From Adineta vaga (taxonomy: Eukaryota > Animalia > Rotifera), in contig CP075497.1 of assembly GCA_021613535.1 (NCBI GenBank), forward strand, positions 8,246,001 through 8,310,000: DNA of 64,000 bases. The letters run 5' to 3'. Each line of letters opens with the position of its first letter. The first letter of the stretch is position 1. Below are positions 26,501 through 39,856 of the stretch, piece after piece. The notes beneath the pieces were generated by a model. It was not told where the DNA came from. It did not search any database and saw only the letters and a list, made by a program, of their open reading frames with translations. Made by a program: the position numbers and the translations under genes.

Positions 26501-29500
26501 AACGTATTATACGCCTCAAATTTCTGAAGATTATCCATTGAATACACCAATTATAAATTTTACTGTTACTGATGATGATGCACGTTATACTCCAAATTCT
26601 AATATTACTCTTGATTTAATTGATCCATATGGAAAATTTGCGATATTCAATGATACACGTGTGTCAACATCAAATAATATTCAAGCATATCTTATTGCTA
26701 AAGAACGTTTGGATTATGAATCTTTATCTCCATTAGATCGACAATATAAATTGAAAATAATTGCACGTGATCATGGACATCCACAACCATTACAATCGGA
26801 AGCACAGATTTATATCACTATAACTGATGTTAATGATGAAGTAAGGAATTTAGTTAGAAAATTTATTTCCTAATTCGTACTTTTATTATTTTATTTAGCC
26901 ACCTGTTTTCAAAGAAAATCCAGTACAAAAAACAATTGCAGAAAATACTCAACGAGGAACATTTGGTAAAAATAGCTCATTAAATTTTTTCGTACGGAAA
27001 TTTAGAAAAAAAATGAATTTGATTTTTTAGTGGTTTTTGTTAATGTTGTTGACCCAGAATACAATGATTCGGTTACTGTACACTTTTTACCAACATCGGA
27101 ATATAATCCATTTCGAATTATTACAAGTCCTGGTGGTGGAAGAGTTGTTCTTGAACAAGCACTTCTACCGGATAAAGAACTTTATAATTTAACTATTCAA
27201 GCATCGGATCGACTTGGACATACGTCTCAAGCACAACTTTTAATTACTATCTATGATGTTAATGATCATACAGTAAGCAGAGTATTTTTATATTTTGTTT
27301 CAATTTGAAAGCGTTTGTGTGTGTGTGTGTTCTTCTTTAGCCACGTATTGAACAATGTGAACAAGGAATAATTACAGCTTCGATTCGTGAAAATGCAACA
27401 ATGAACACTCAAATTATAAAGATCAATGCGACAGATGAAGATCGTGGTTTAAATGGTGAAATTCAATTTTCATTAAAAGGAACAAATGATCCTCAACAAG
27501 ATTCCGATATGTTTTCAATTGATGCTGATACAGGAATGGTATCAAATAAAAAGAAATTAAAACATTTAAAATCAGGTTTTAGTGAATATACGATGACAAT
27601 ATTTGCACAAGATAAAGATCCATCAAATTCACGTTCAACACATTGTATTTTGAAAATAACTGTAGAAGATATCAATGATCAGTAAGTCGATTCACATTTT
27701 GAAAGAATAAAATTAACCAATTTATGTACTCTTTTAGTTATCCTTTAATCACATCACCAGCTCGTGATAATGATTTAATATCAATTAAAATGGAAAAACG
27801 TGTTAATTTCAATTATCCCGTTCTTGTCGTTCGTGCTAAAGATGAAGATAGTGGAAAAAATGCTCTTCTACACTTCTCACTCAAATCTCGTGATGATTGT
27901 TCGAATGGTATTGAATATTTCGTTATTGATCCTCAATCTGGCGTTATATCCACACGTTCATCGAATGTAAATAATCCAATTAATTTACAACTTAAATATT
28001 GTCTTGTTGTACAAGTATGCGATTCACCTGATGATGGACCTCCAAAATGTTCCGAACGTAAAATTCAATTTCAATTGTCACAAGATGGTTTTGAACCACC
28101 CATATGGGCGCCTGAAACTGCGTTAACATTTCAACGTGTGATGAAAGTTGTTGAATTAGCTCAACAAAATATTGTTATTGATACATTTAAAGCATCTATC
28201 GCAAATGATTCAACAAAAAAAGTTATCTTCGAAATGGAACCATTTAATTGGACATGTTCAAATGCAGCATCAGCAAGTGAAAAACCTCGTATACCATTTT
28301 TATTAACACCAGATGAAAATGGACGAAATATTGCACGATTAGTTATCTATCAACCTATTGATGCTGATCCACCCACAGGTTGTACACGATATCAGTTTAA
28401 GATTCGTGCCAAAAATGCAGCAATGGAAGCTTTATCATTAGAAAGTATCTATGAAATTGAAATCGTCGATTCAAATGATAATATTCCAATGTTCAATGTT
28501 AGTTCATATCGTGCACAAATATATGAAAATGAAGTCAAAGATAATCTATTACGTGTACAAGCTGAAGATAAAGACATTGATCCTAAAAATCGTAATACAA
28601 CTTATTTTATTCGATGTCCTAATGATGGTATGAATTCTATTTGTTTTTAAAATATACAAATAAATTTTACTACATTGTCTCTTCTTCTAGGTAATCAACA
28701 AAATCTTCAATATCATTACAATAGTCCATTGTCCAATTCTTTATCATGTCAAGGAATTGTTTCGATTGATCCTGAAACAGGTTGGATCAGTGTTCAACGA
28801 CAATTTGATTATGATAATCCATCGGATCGTCGTTTTGTCTTTGATGTTTTTGCGAAAAATATTCTTCCATCAGATCGATGTAGTGGACAAAACACGAAAG
28901 AATCTCAAGCACAATCATCTTCTCTATCATCTGGAGCTGATGCTAATCCAACCATTCAAATATGTGTTACAGAACATCGTGTACCCGTTATTATCGAAGT
29001 ACTCGATAGAAATGATAATGCGGTAAGAAGTTTTTTCATTTAACCTTCATACGAATTAAATTACGAATTTCATTTTGTTTTCTTCTTTAGCCACAATTCA
29101 ATAATTTACCTTATTTTACAAAAGTAATGGAAGATGCTGAACCAGGAACGACAATCTTTCATTTGAATGTTAGTGATGTTGATACTGACGATATTTTAAC
29201 ATTTTCTATTGTTAATGAACAAGAAGCAAGCGCATTTGCAGTGAAAGAAAATACGGGTGAAGTGTATCTTGCTTCTGCTCTTGATTATGAACGTGTTCAA
29301 CAACATAGTGTAGAAGTTCAAGTTAGTGATTCAAATAATGAACATCGTGCTAGAACAATCCTAACAGTTATCGTCGAAGATGCTAATGATAATCCACCAC
29401 GTTTTCTGAATTTACCGAAGGAAATTGTTGTGGAGGAAGGTCGACAAACACTTGATTATGATCAGTTAATATTACGTCAACCAGCACGAATCAAACGTGA

Positions 29501-32500
29501 TACTCAAATGAATAAGAAACAAAAAGATTCGAATAAAAAACGGATTTCAACATCAACAAAATATCCTGATGAAGATTCCGATAGCTATTCTTCTTCTCAA
29601 CCCTATACATCCCGTATTATATATCGAGTTGAAGCAATCGATCCTGATTTTGGTCGTCCATTAAAATTGCCTATTCGATATACCTTAACTTCATCGAATC
29701 CTTTATATACGCAATTCTTTGAAATTCATCCATTAAATGGAACGATTCATTTGAAAAAAGAATTAGATCGTGATCCACCCAATGGTTTTGATGAATGGTT
29801 ATTAACTATTATTGCAGCAGATGAAGATGGTAGAGAAGATATGGGTTCAAAGAAAAATGCATCATGGTTAAAAATCATTGTTAAAGATATCAATGATTTA
29901 GCTCGTAAGTTTCATTTCTTCTCATTTCTTATCATATACGTATTTCTTCTTCTAGCAATGTTTATTGACGTTGATCCAATTGGACATATACCTGAAAATG
30001 CACGAGCAGGTACACGTGTTGAAGGTTTAAGAATTAAAGCTACTGATTATGATAAATTATCTGAAAATACAACACGATATGCATTAACATTGAATACGAA
30101 ATCAATCGATGGTTCGGATGTTTTTCGTATTGATGAAATTACTGCAGATATTTATCTGAATGTTGATAATTATCTGGATAGAGAAAAAACTCCTCATCAT
30201 AATCTATCAGTTATTGCAAGGGATTCAGGTGATCAATCTGGAAATTTGCAATCAAAAGAATTGAAAATTACGATTATTATTGATGATGTTAATGATATGC
30301 CGGTAAGAATTTTTATTTTTGAATGAGAATATTATTCTATAGTTGTTGTTGTTGTTTCTAGCCACGATTCAAACCATCAAATCAACAAGCACAGATATCG
30401 GAAACAGCACAACGAGGCGATTTTGTTACTGAAGTTCGAGCAGAAGATGATGACGTGGGAGTAAATACACATTCTTTATATGAAATTATTGAAGAATGTC
30501 AATTAACCAATGATCAAATGATACATTGTTCACGACCAAGATATTTCATTTTTAAAGAAACAGCATTAGCTGAAAAGGGTACAATTATTCTCCTCGAACC
30601 AGTTAATTATGATCCACCTGATAATCAAGTAAAATTTCTCTTAAAAATCAAAGCAACAAATGGTGGCATGTCAGATTATGCCAATGTCACAGTATTTATC
30701 ACTGATGCTAATGATAATGTTCCAGGTTAGTTTTAAGAATGATTATTTAAACTTTAATATAACTTTTCTTTTTCCTTTGCTTAGTCTTTTCTCAATCGGT
30801 TTATTTTGCTAATATTAGTGAAAATACACCATTGGAAAAAGAAATTCTTCGTGTACAAGCTACTGATAATGATGTCAGTCCAATAAATAAAGAATTTATT
30901 TATCGTATTCCACCAGATCGTTCTCAATATGAAAATCGTCAACATTTACGTATTGATGCAATCAATGGTCGAATATATTTAAAGAAAAATTTCGATCGTG
31001 AAAAATCGTCAACAATCAGTTTACCTATCGAAGCTGTTAATAATCAAAGTTCGAATCCATTAGTTGGTCGTGCTGTTTTAGTCATTAATGTACTCGATGT
31101 GAATGATAATCCTCCACGATTTGCTGAAAACTATTCTCCACGTGTACGTGAACATAAAAGCGGTGGAAAGATTTTCGAATTTGAAATCAATGATCCTGAT
31201 GATTCGAATAGTGGAAGAAATAAATTTCAAATGAAACTTGGTTAGTATTGTAGAGATTAGATTGAAGAGTATTTGACAAGTAAATGAATTTTTTTATTAT
31301 AAATTTTAGGTAAAAATAATGTTTGGCCTGAACAAGGTGATCCAAAATTTCGTCTGGATATTCAATATAGTGCTGATGGTAGACCACGTGGTACTCTCAG
31401 TAGTTTACGTGAACTTGATCGAGAAGAACTTTGTCCGAAAGATGAACAATATAAAAATCAACGTTATTGTGGCAAATATTATGATTTGCCCATTTGGATG
31501 TCAGATGGTGAACAATCAGGCATTAATCATCTTCGCGTTCTTGTTGAAGATATTAATGATAATCCATTCAATAGTGGCTATAAATCTATTGATATTTATG
31601 ATTATAAACATATTCTAAGTAAATTATTATCAACATCAAATATATATCTTGGTACTGTGTATACTGATGATGAAGATGATTGGGATTTACATAATAAAGT
31701 TTTTGAACTTCAACCATCTGATGATAACAATTTCCTACATGTTGATAAAAATCTACAAACATCACGAACACCTGGTGCAATCTACTTAACTACCCAAAAC
31801 AATAATGCAACAATCAAACATAGTAAGTTCAAATCTTACTTATCTTCTAATTCACATTCGATGTTTCTTATTTTCTAGATACTCCATATAAATATGATAT
31901 TATCGTTCGCGATACACATCCACAATGGTTAAATCGAGATCCTCAAACATCTTATATTGAATTTCGTTTATATGAATTACCATCTGATGTATTAGATAAT
32001 GCTGCATCGATTCGTCTTCAAGATATAACAGCTGAAGAGTTTATTGAAACACGTCATCGAGATGAATCGTTCTTGGCAATTTTCAAACGTTTAATCTTAG
32101 AAATCAATTCTCAAGCACGTCAAATAGAAGTTTTTTCAATACAAAATCATGAAACTTTAGTTCGTACAATCGATGTTTACTATGCATTACATGGTAGTGG
32201 CTATCTATCGAAAGTAAAAATCAATGGTCTTGTTGAAATTTCACGTTCAAAATTAGAGAAATATTTCAATATAAGTCAGATAGGTATCGATGAATGTTTA
32301 AATGCTGATCAACAATGTTTTACAATTGGTTGTTTGAATCAAATTGAAATTCAATCAAAACAACCCTATTTAATCAATGCCAATCAAACTTCATTTGTTG
32401 GTTTAAATCTTAAAACAGTTGCCAAATGTGCTTGTGATACAGATGTTCATATTCAACAAGAAAAACAAAGAGAATTATTAAAAACACAGAAATATTGTTT

Positions 32501-35060
32501 AAACGGTGGATATCCAACAAGAGATAATCATCATATCAAATGTGTTTGTCCTGATCATTCATTGTATAATGGTGGTGATCGTTGTCAACTAACAAGTATT
32601 TCATTTGATGGTAAGTAAAGCAATGTTTTTCAATGAATAAAATCAAAACGTTCTCATTCATTCTTTCCGTAGGAAATGGTTATGGTTGGTATAAACCATT
32701 AACAACATGTGATACATGGATGTTATCTATTGAATTTTTAACTCAAGCATCGAATGGTTCAATCTTATATAATGGACCTTTGAATAAACGAATACAATCG
32801 GAAGATTTCTTTGCAATACAATTATTAAATGGTCGTCTTTTAATTGATTTAAATTTTGGTAATGGAGCAAGTATTCGTCGACATTTGAAAACAAGTATAA
32901 ATCTTGCTGATGGTAAATGGCATACAATTGAAATACGACAAATTAGTACTATTGATCATATTTTGGAAATTCTAATTGATTATTGTCCAATAACAAGTAC
33001 ATCGAAACAACTTAGTGAATGTCGATTCATGATTGAATTCAACGAAGATGATGTTTTTAGTAGCAATCAACCTTTACAGTTAGGTGGTATTGCTCTACAA
33101 GAAAAACAAAATCATCAACAACAATTACCAATGGAATATATGGGCAATTTTAAAGGTAAATATTGATTATTATAAATAAATAAGAACAAAATTCTATTTC
33201 AACTTATTATTTAGGTTGTATTCGAAATCTTCGTTTTGCTGATGAATTATATGATCTTCATGTCGATTTACACAGTGGTCAATCAGTTAATCTACATGAA
33301 GGTTGTCTTCTAACTGATTTAAAATGTCAAAAACTTTCTTGTCAATCTAATAATGGTATTTGTGATGCTGATCTTTATCAAGCTCAATGTGTTTGTAAAT
33401 CTGGTCGAACAGGTTCCACATGTTCTCAAGACACGACTGCATATGACTTTACTTATGATAAACAAACTTGGACAGGTGATCGTGCATCCTATGCTACATT
33501 TCGTCATCAACATAAACCTGATAATGATTTAACATATTCATCACAAATATTAAAATTTCAAATCATGTTTCGTACACGTGAAACATCGGATAATATCTTA
33601 ACATTAATAGATTTTCATAATGATGATACATTCATGTTTTTGGAAATTAAATCAGGACATTTACAAGCACGATTTGGTTCGAAATCAGATACGCAATCAA
33701 TTGATTTAAAACATGTTTCAGTTAATGATGGACGATGGCATACAGCTTATCTTAATCGTTATGGTCAACGATTATTCTTACGACTTGATGATGGAGAATA
33801 TTATCGATCGAATATGAGTTATGGAAAATCAATATGGAAACATTTTCCAAATACTCTATTAAATGTTGGTGCTCGAATTGATTCGGTAAGAATGATTTTT
33901 CTCTCGTGTAGAACTATAACGATTTTAATCAATTTTTTTAGGCTGTTCATAAAATTGTTACTGCCGATTTTAATGAGGGTTGTATTATGGATGTTCGTTT
34001 CAATGGTCAAGTTCTTGATTTATTAAATGGTTCATCATCATCAGATATGAAATGGACATTTCAATCAAATATTAAAGAAGGTTGTGATAATCTCGATAAT
34101 TGGTGTCGTGGTGTTCAATGTCGTTCACCAGCATTTTGTGTCAATACATGGAGATATGGTCAATGTCAATGTACAGATGCATATAGATATAATCCTGCAA
34201 ATGAAACGTGTATTTTATATGATTGGTGTTCTGATATAACAAATCCATGTCATATGCCAGGTACAAAAAATTGTTTATATGAAGCTCGTGAAGATTCAAT
34301 TAAATGTGAATGTAAATCACGTTGGCAAGGTGACCGTTGTACAATTAAAGCAATGCCATTAGCAGGAACATTTAATTGGCATATAATTGCATCAACAATT
34401 TTCTGTCTAATAGTTATTTTACTTCTTGTTCTATTACTTGTTTTATTTACACGACAACGACAGTCGAAAAAGGCTTATATACTCGGTATGGATGATGAAA
34501 TTCGAGATAATATTATAAATTATGATGAAGAAGGTTGTCCAGATGAAGATCCAGTTACTTATGATATATCAACATTGAAAAAACCTGTTTTTACAGCAAA
34601 TGGAAATACGAATACGAATCGAAATGGTCGACAAAATTCTGAATCGGAAAGTAAACCATTACTAAAAACTGCTTTAGATGGAAATAATCAAACAGATTCA
34701 TCGAAAAAGAACGTAATTCGAAAAGATATGCCACCTGTACCAGCACCAAAACCTGTTCTAAATAAAAATCAAATGAATGGTTTAAGTAATGGTATTAACG
34801 TTGGAGAATTTATTAAAGGTCGAATACGTGATATTGACGACGATCCATCTCAACCGCCATATGATAGTTTACAAGAATATGCCTATGAAGGTGAACCATT
34901 AGCAAGAAATGATGAATGTTCATTATCAACATTGACGATTACTTCGAAAGATCAGAGTGAAATCGATAAAGAATTTGAACTTGAATATTTAAAAAACATG
35001 GGACCGAAATTTCAAAATATTGCTAAACTTTATGCTGGCAATGGAGAAAAAGAATCTTAA
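23513..35060 (+). CDS. CadN: Classical neural (type III / DN-cadherin-like) cadherin, multi-exon
   Basis: Signal peptide, about 16-17 EC repeats (DxNDxxP, LDYE/LDRE, AxDxD), NC domain (DVYYALHGSGY), EGF-LamG-EGF-LamG-EGF, a TM segment (IIASTIFCLIVILLLVLLLVLF) and a cadherin tail (IRDNIINYDEEG, PPYDSLQEYAYEG, MGPKFQNIAKLY). Confidence 0.93.
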
Positions 35061-35569
35061 TAAAAGACAATAAATAAATCTTTGTAATATACTGATAAAA
35101 ACACAGTATTCGAACAGGTCCCATGTTTTCTATTTTTCTAATTATTGTCATTTGTATAGTCAATTTGTCATCATTCATTGTTTGTTTGTTTTGTCAACGT
35201 TTTCCTTTTTCTTTCTGTTTACTGTCAGATACATATTAGATGTAGTCTGTGACGTTTTTTTTAAAATTATAATATTGTTGTTGTTGTTGGTTTTTTCTTC
35301 TCTTTTTCGACTCTATTCGCATTCATAATAAATTTTGACCCGACAAACAACTTTACTATTGTTACATAAAACAAGATCACTTTTGTCAATTTGAATCTAA
35401 AGACCAAGATTAAAAAAATCTTATGATTATATAAGATTTGTTTTTCCTTTGTGTAGCTCTTTTAGCATTGATGATTCGAAGGACTTATTCGAATATAAAA
35501 GGTAACATCATACGATAGATTAAAAACATGAGATAAAAGAAAACAGATCTTCAATTTCATTTCAAATCA

Positions 35570-37349
35570 ATGTCTAGTGAAATTTCCTTGGAGAATATTC
35601 TTCATCGATGTGATGATTTAGGTCGTTTTCAACTAATTCATTATATTTTCTTGAATCTAATAACACTTGGTAGTGGAATAACAACATACTACTATGTGTT
35701 TGGTGTTGCTGAACCATCGTATCGTTGTCGATTACCAGAAAAGATTTGGTCATATGAAGATCAGTATCAACCATTGAATCTTACACATCGATATTTGATT
35801 AATCAATGGCAACATTCATCAAAGTGTCTTGATTTCAATGAAACTATGTGTACAAATTTTATATATGATCGAAGTATATTTGGTCGAACATTTACAGAAG
35901 AAGGAGATTTTGTGTGTGAAAATGCTTTGAAAAAAACTTGGCTTTCAACAATGTATCAAGTCGGTGGGTAAGTTCAAACTAGTTTATCATTTCGTCTAAT
36001 CCCATGATTTCTATATAGATTTGTTGTTTTATTGAGTGGATATATTAGTGATAAAGTTGGACGACAAAAAATGATTCGAATATTAACTCTCATTTTGTTT
36101 ATAATTCCACTTTCAACACTGCTATTACTTCAAAATGTTCATATGGATATAAACACCAAGTAAACACATATTATCTGAATCTCTTCTCTATTTTTTATAA
36201 AATTTTGATCAACTTATACGTATCACTATGTTCTTTAGATTTATTCTTCTTTCGATTAATCAATTATTTTCAAGTATTGATGCATATCCAATGGTTTTTC
36301 TTCTTCTTATGGAATTAACATCTTCATCTCATACAAGTCTTGCTGGTAATTCAGCTCTCATTGGATTTACTATTGGTGAAATAATCATTACTTTATTTGC
36401 TTATATTGCTCGTGATTGGTTGCGACTTAAATGGATAATAACTGGTTATTTTGCACTTATTTTACCATATCTATATTTCGTACCTGAATCACCCTATTGG
36501 TTATATACGAAAAAGAAATACAATCAACTTGAAGTATGTCTAAGAAGAATAGCTCAAATGAATGGTCGTTCTGAAAAGGATTGGTATCCATATTATCGAC
36601 AATTAATATGTGATCCTCGTCTAGCTATTTTAAGTACAAAACATGCATCACGAACCAACAAAGATATTATGATTCAACATTTACCACGACTAAGTCGATG
36701 TGCATTTATTGGTTTTGTAACAATGCTTTTATATATTAAAATCTCATATGGTCTTGGTGCAATGTCTGATGTTGTTAGTCCATATTGGAATATTATTATC
36801 GGAGCAATTGTTGAAGGTATTGGTTATATATCTGCAAGTATATTAATAACAACTAAATTAGGTCGAAAAAATTCATTAATCATTTTTTCTTTATTAACCT
36901 GTTTATGTGTATTGATTATTCCATTTCTAATGGGATCCTATCCAATGGCAACAATGATCATCTCACAAATAGGTAAACTTACAATAAGTGGTGCAGTTTC
37001 AATAACATGGATTTTTGTTCCGGAAATATTTTCGACATCAATGCGTGGAATTGCTAATGGTGTCTTTGTATTTGCTGGACGTCTAGGTGCCATTGCAGCA
37101 CCTATTGTTGATGTAGTTCTTGGTGAACAATATATTAAAATTACATTTTTTGTGTATTCGGCTTTAACGATAATTCAAGTTTTCTTCATTCATTTCTTAC
37201 CGGAAACTCGCAATCATTCGTTTCATACAGATGAAGATGAAGAAAAGGATATAGACAATTATGCTGAACTATCGAATGAAACTATAAATCGATCAGTACC
37301 GATGCAAATGAGAATGAATATAAATGGTGTTTTTCATACGAAATTTTGA
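35570..37349 (+). CDS. SLC22-family (MFS) organic cation/anion transporter, 3 exons
   Basis: LGRFQL, large first loop with CRLP and EGDFVC, GYISDKVGRQK, ARDWLRL, FVPESPYWL, KLGRK, PEIFSTSMRG and LPET. Confidence 0.92.
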
Positions 37350-38057
37350 GTAGATATTCACATTTAATTTAATTTTTTTTCAAATTGTAATTTTTAGCAA
37401 ATAGATGTATCAGATAGTAATAGAAATGATCTGTATGATTTCGTTTTTGATCAACAACGGTTAAAATATAGATGTTGAAAATCTCATAAAACTAAGACAA
37501 GAAGCGATCCACATGAAAGCATGGTGAGTATTCTTAAGATATTAAAACAAATCATTGATTTTTCTAACCGTAAAAAAAACATTTTTGTTTGTTGCACTTT
37601 TACAACCTTGAGATCTATTGAAAAAAAAATTACCAATTGTCATCAACAATACAACTCATTAATTAATGAGATGTGTCATTTATTTTTTCTTTCGTTAATA
37701 ATTCTTCTGCACATGATCGACATGTACGTAGACACATGTGAGAGCATACAGCGAGGACAAGGTGATGACACAGTCGTTTTCTACATTGATGATATCTTTT
37801 CTTTTTCTTTCGTTATTTTATTTGTATATACGATATAATGTTCTATACAATTTTTTTTATGCATCGACATTTTTCTTTTCTCGATGTGCTAATATATATA
37901 TATATATATATACATATATGCATCATCACTTTCTGTTCTTTTTTCTTTTTGATCATCACAGGTAAAAGGTCTATTCTCATTGCAATACATAGTAGTAACT
38001 TACATTGTGAAATATTTTATCGATTGCGTCATATATTTATGATTGAAAGAAGTTAAG

Positions 38058-38780
38058 ATGATGCCCTTCTTATATCCTTCACAAGCAACAGCATTTCCAG
38101 TCTTAGTTATAGCCAGTCAATCTCATGCTGAGGATGATGAAGAAGATAATGATCATGATGAGGAGGAGGATGATGATCTTACAGATGAGTATTTATCATC
38201 ATCAGCAACAATGTTCTCCAGAACTTTGCCAATTCCAATGACAGCTTTGTCACATTTTACTCATGAAGATGATTATTTACCTTCAACCATAATCAATCCT
38301 AATGATGATCCAAGAACTTATCTTTTACGTATGCATGTCGATGGTTTTCAACCAAATGAACTAAATGTTTCAATTCGACATGGTCGACTGATTGTTCGTG
38401 GTAAACATATTGTATGTGTTCCATCTCATTCAACTTTTCCATTAACAACAAATGCTATGATTAATGAAAATGATGATATAGAACCTGATTTTGTTGCTAA
38501 AGAATTTAAACGTACATTTACTATTCCACCAAATGCAGATATTCGAAAAGCGCATGCACAATTCTATCCTCAACAACAATTACTTGTTATTGAAATACCA
38601 TTTCAAGATTCTACAGATTCATCTCAAACAAGAATTCAACGATCACGTATTCGTGCTATAGATGTCTTTTTAATGATAGTAACTATTTTATTAATGGAAC
38701 GAGCATTACGTATAACGTATCAACAATTTATGCTTAACGAACAACAATTATCGATTAGATCTAGTCAATCAACAATTTGA
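38058..38780 (+). CDS. Small heat-shock protein (alpha-crystallin domain) with an acidic N-terminus and hydrophobic C-terminal segment
   Basis: YLLRMHVDGFQPNELNVSIRHGRLIVRGKH...KEFKRTFTIPPNAD...LLVIEIP is a metazoan-type HSP20 domain. Confidence 0.88.
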   Translation: MMPFLYPSQATAFPVLVIASQSHAEDDEEDNDHDEEEDDDLTDEYLSSSATMFSRTLPIPMTALSHFTHEDDYLPSTIINPNDDPRTYLLRMHVDGFQPNELNVSIRHGRLIVRGKHIVCVPSHSTFPLTTNAMINENDDIEPDFVAKEFKRTFTIPPNADIRKAHAQFYPQQQLLVIEIPFQDSTDSSQTRIQRSRIRAIDVFLMIVTILLMERALRITYQQFMLNEQQLSIRSSQSTI

Positions 38781-39838
38781 AGACAAACAAATTATAAAGT
38801 TTAAAAGTACTTCAGTTCTACACATAGTGATCAGTTATCTTGATGAAAAGAAAACAAAAGAAATTTGTATCTCGATTTTTAATACAAATAATATTTCAGT
38901 AATTGTATTAGATCAATACTAAATATTGTTAGTTTCAAGTCTTTGTTTTGCTTCGCATTTTTTTCTCGTTATTGTATTGCACAAAAACTATTTCTTTGGT
39001 TTACTATTGTGCAGTGATATTCTTTAATAAAAAAAAATCCAATTTTTTTCATTGTTCAAGACAATAAATGACTGATTATTTCATCAAATTTCATGTGTCA
39101 GACTAGTCAAATTATGTTTGCTCTTTTGTGCACATAAAATACGTTGTCATGTTTGTCGAGAAGACATGATCATTGGGGATAGGATTGCTTGTTCGTTCGA
39201 ACAATAAAATGAACTAAAGAAACGAGCGAGAGAGACAGAGAGAACTTTGTGATTAGTAATTTGATTCATATAATCACGAAAAAATGAAGAAAGAAGGAAA
39301 GAAAGAAATCTTATTCCAATGAAATCAAAAAAAAAGAAAAAATTGCTCGTCTTATTGTCATTTGAACGGAAGTTTGTAGTAGTTCAGAACAACACTCAAT
39401 AATTACCAGTCGTTGATGCATCATGTTCCGATTGTTCATCGTTCAACGAACCAAACACTCGTTCAGTTTTCTTTTTTGCTCTCTTTTATCTAAATGGTAA
39501 TTTTCTGTAGCATAGTAATCGTCAACAACAGACCGACTGCGATCTAATCTTAACAACAACGTCGACGATGACGACGACGACATCAATCGATTTCTGACAA
39601 GACAAGCATTATTGAGTGTGTTACTATCGTCATTGCTGGTCTAGTTTGTGATGTTGATGATGGTTATTTGATTATGCTAAAACCATTTAAAAGAGAAAAA
39701 TGAGAAAGAAAAAGAAACCGAGAGAAAAAAGACATCTTTTTTTTTCAGGGTTGAACTTGAGGATTATGTTCGACGAACACCACCAATTATAATCGAACAA
39801 AGAGACCTTAGATTGTTCTTGCGCACACGAGTAAATAG

Positions 39839-39856
39839 ATGCGCACGCGTGCGCAT
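39839..39856. promoter_or_regulatory. Perfect 18-bp GC-rich palindrome, candidate dimeric transcription-factor site
   Basis: ATGCGCACGCGTGCGCAT equals its own reverse complement, in a strongly AT-rich background. Confidence 0.4.

Noticed and set aside
29906-29956. Apparent hydrophobic/TM segment in the cadherin ORF 29127-30326
   Set aside because: It is a stop-free 51-nt GT-AG intron, and removing it restores DINDLAPMF.
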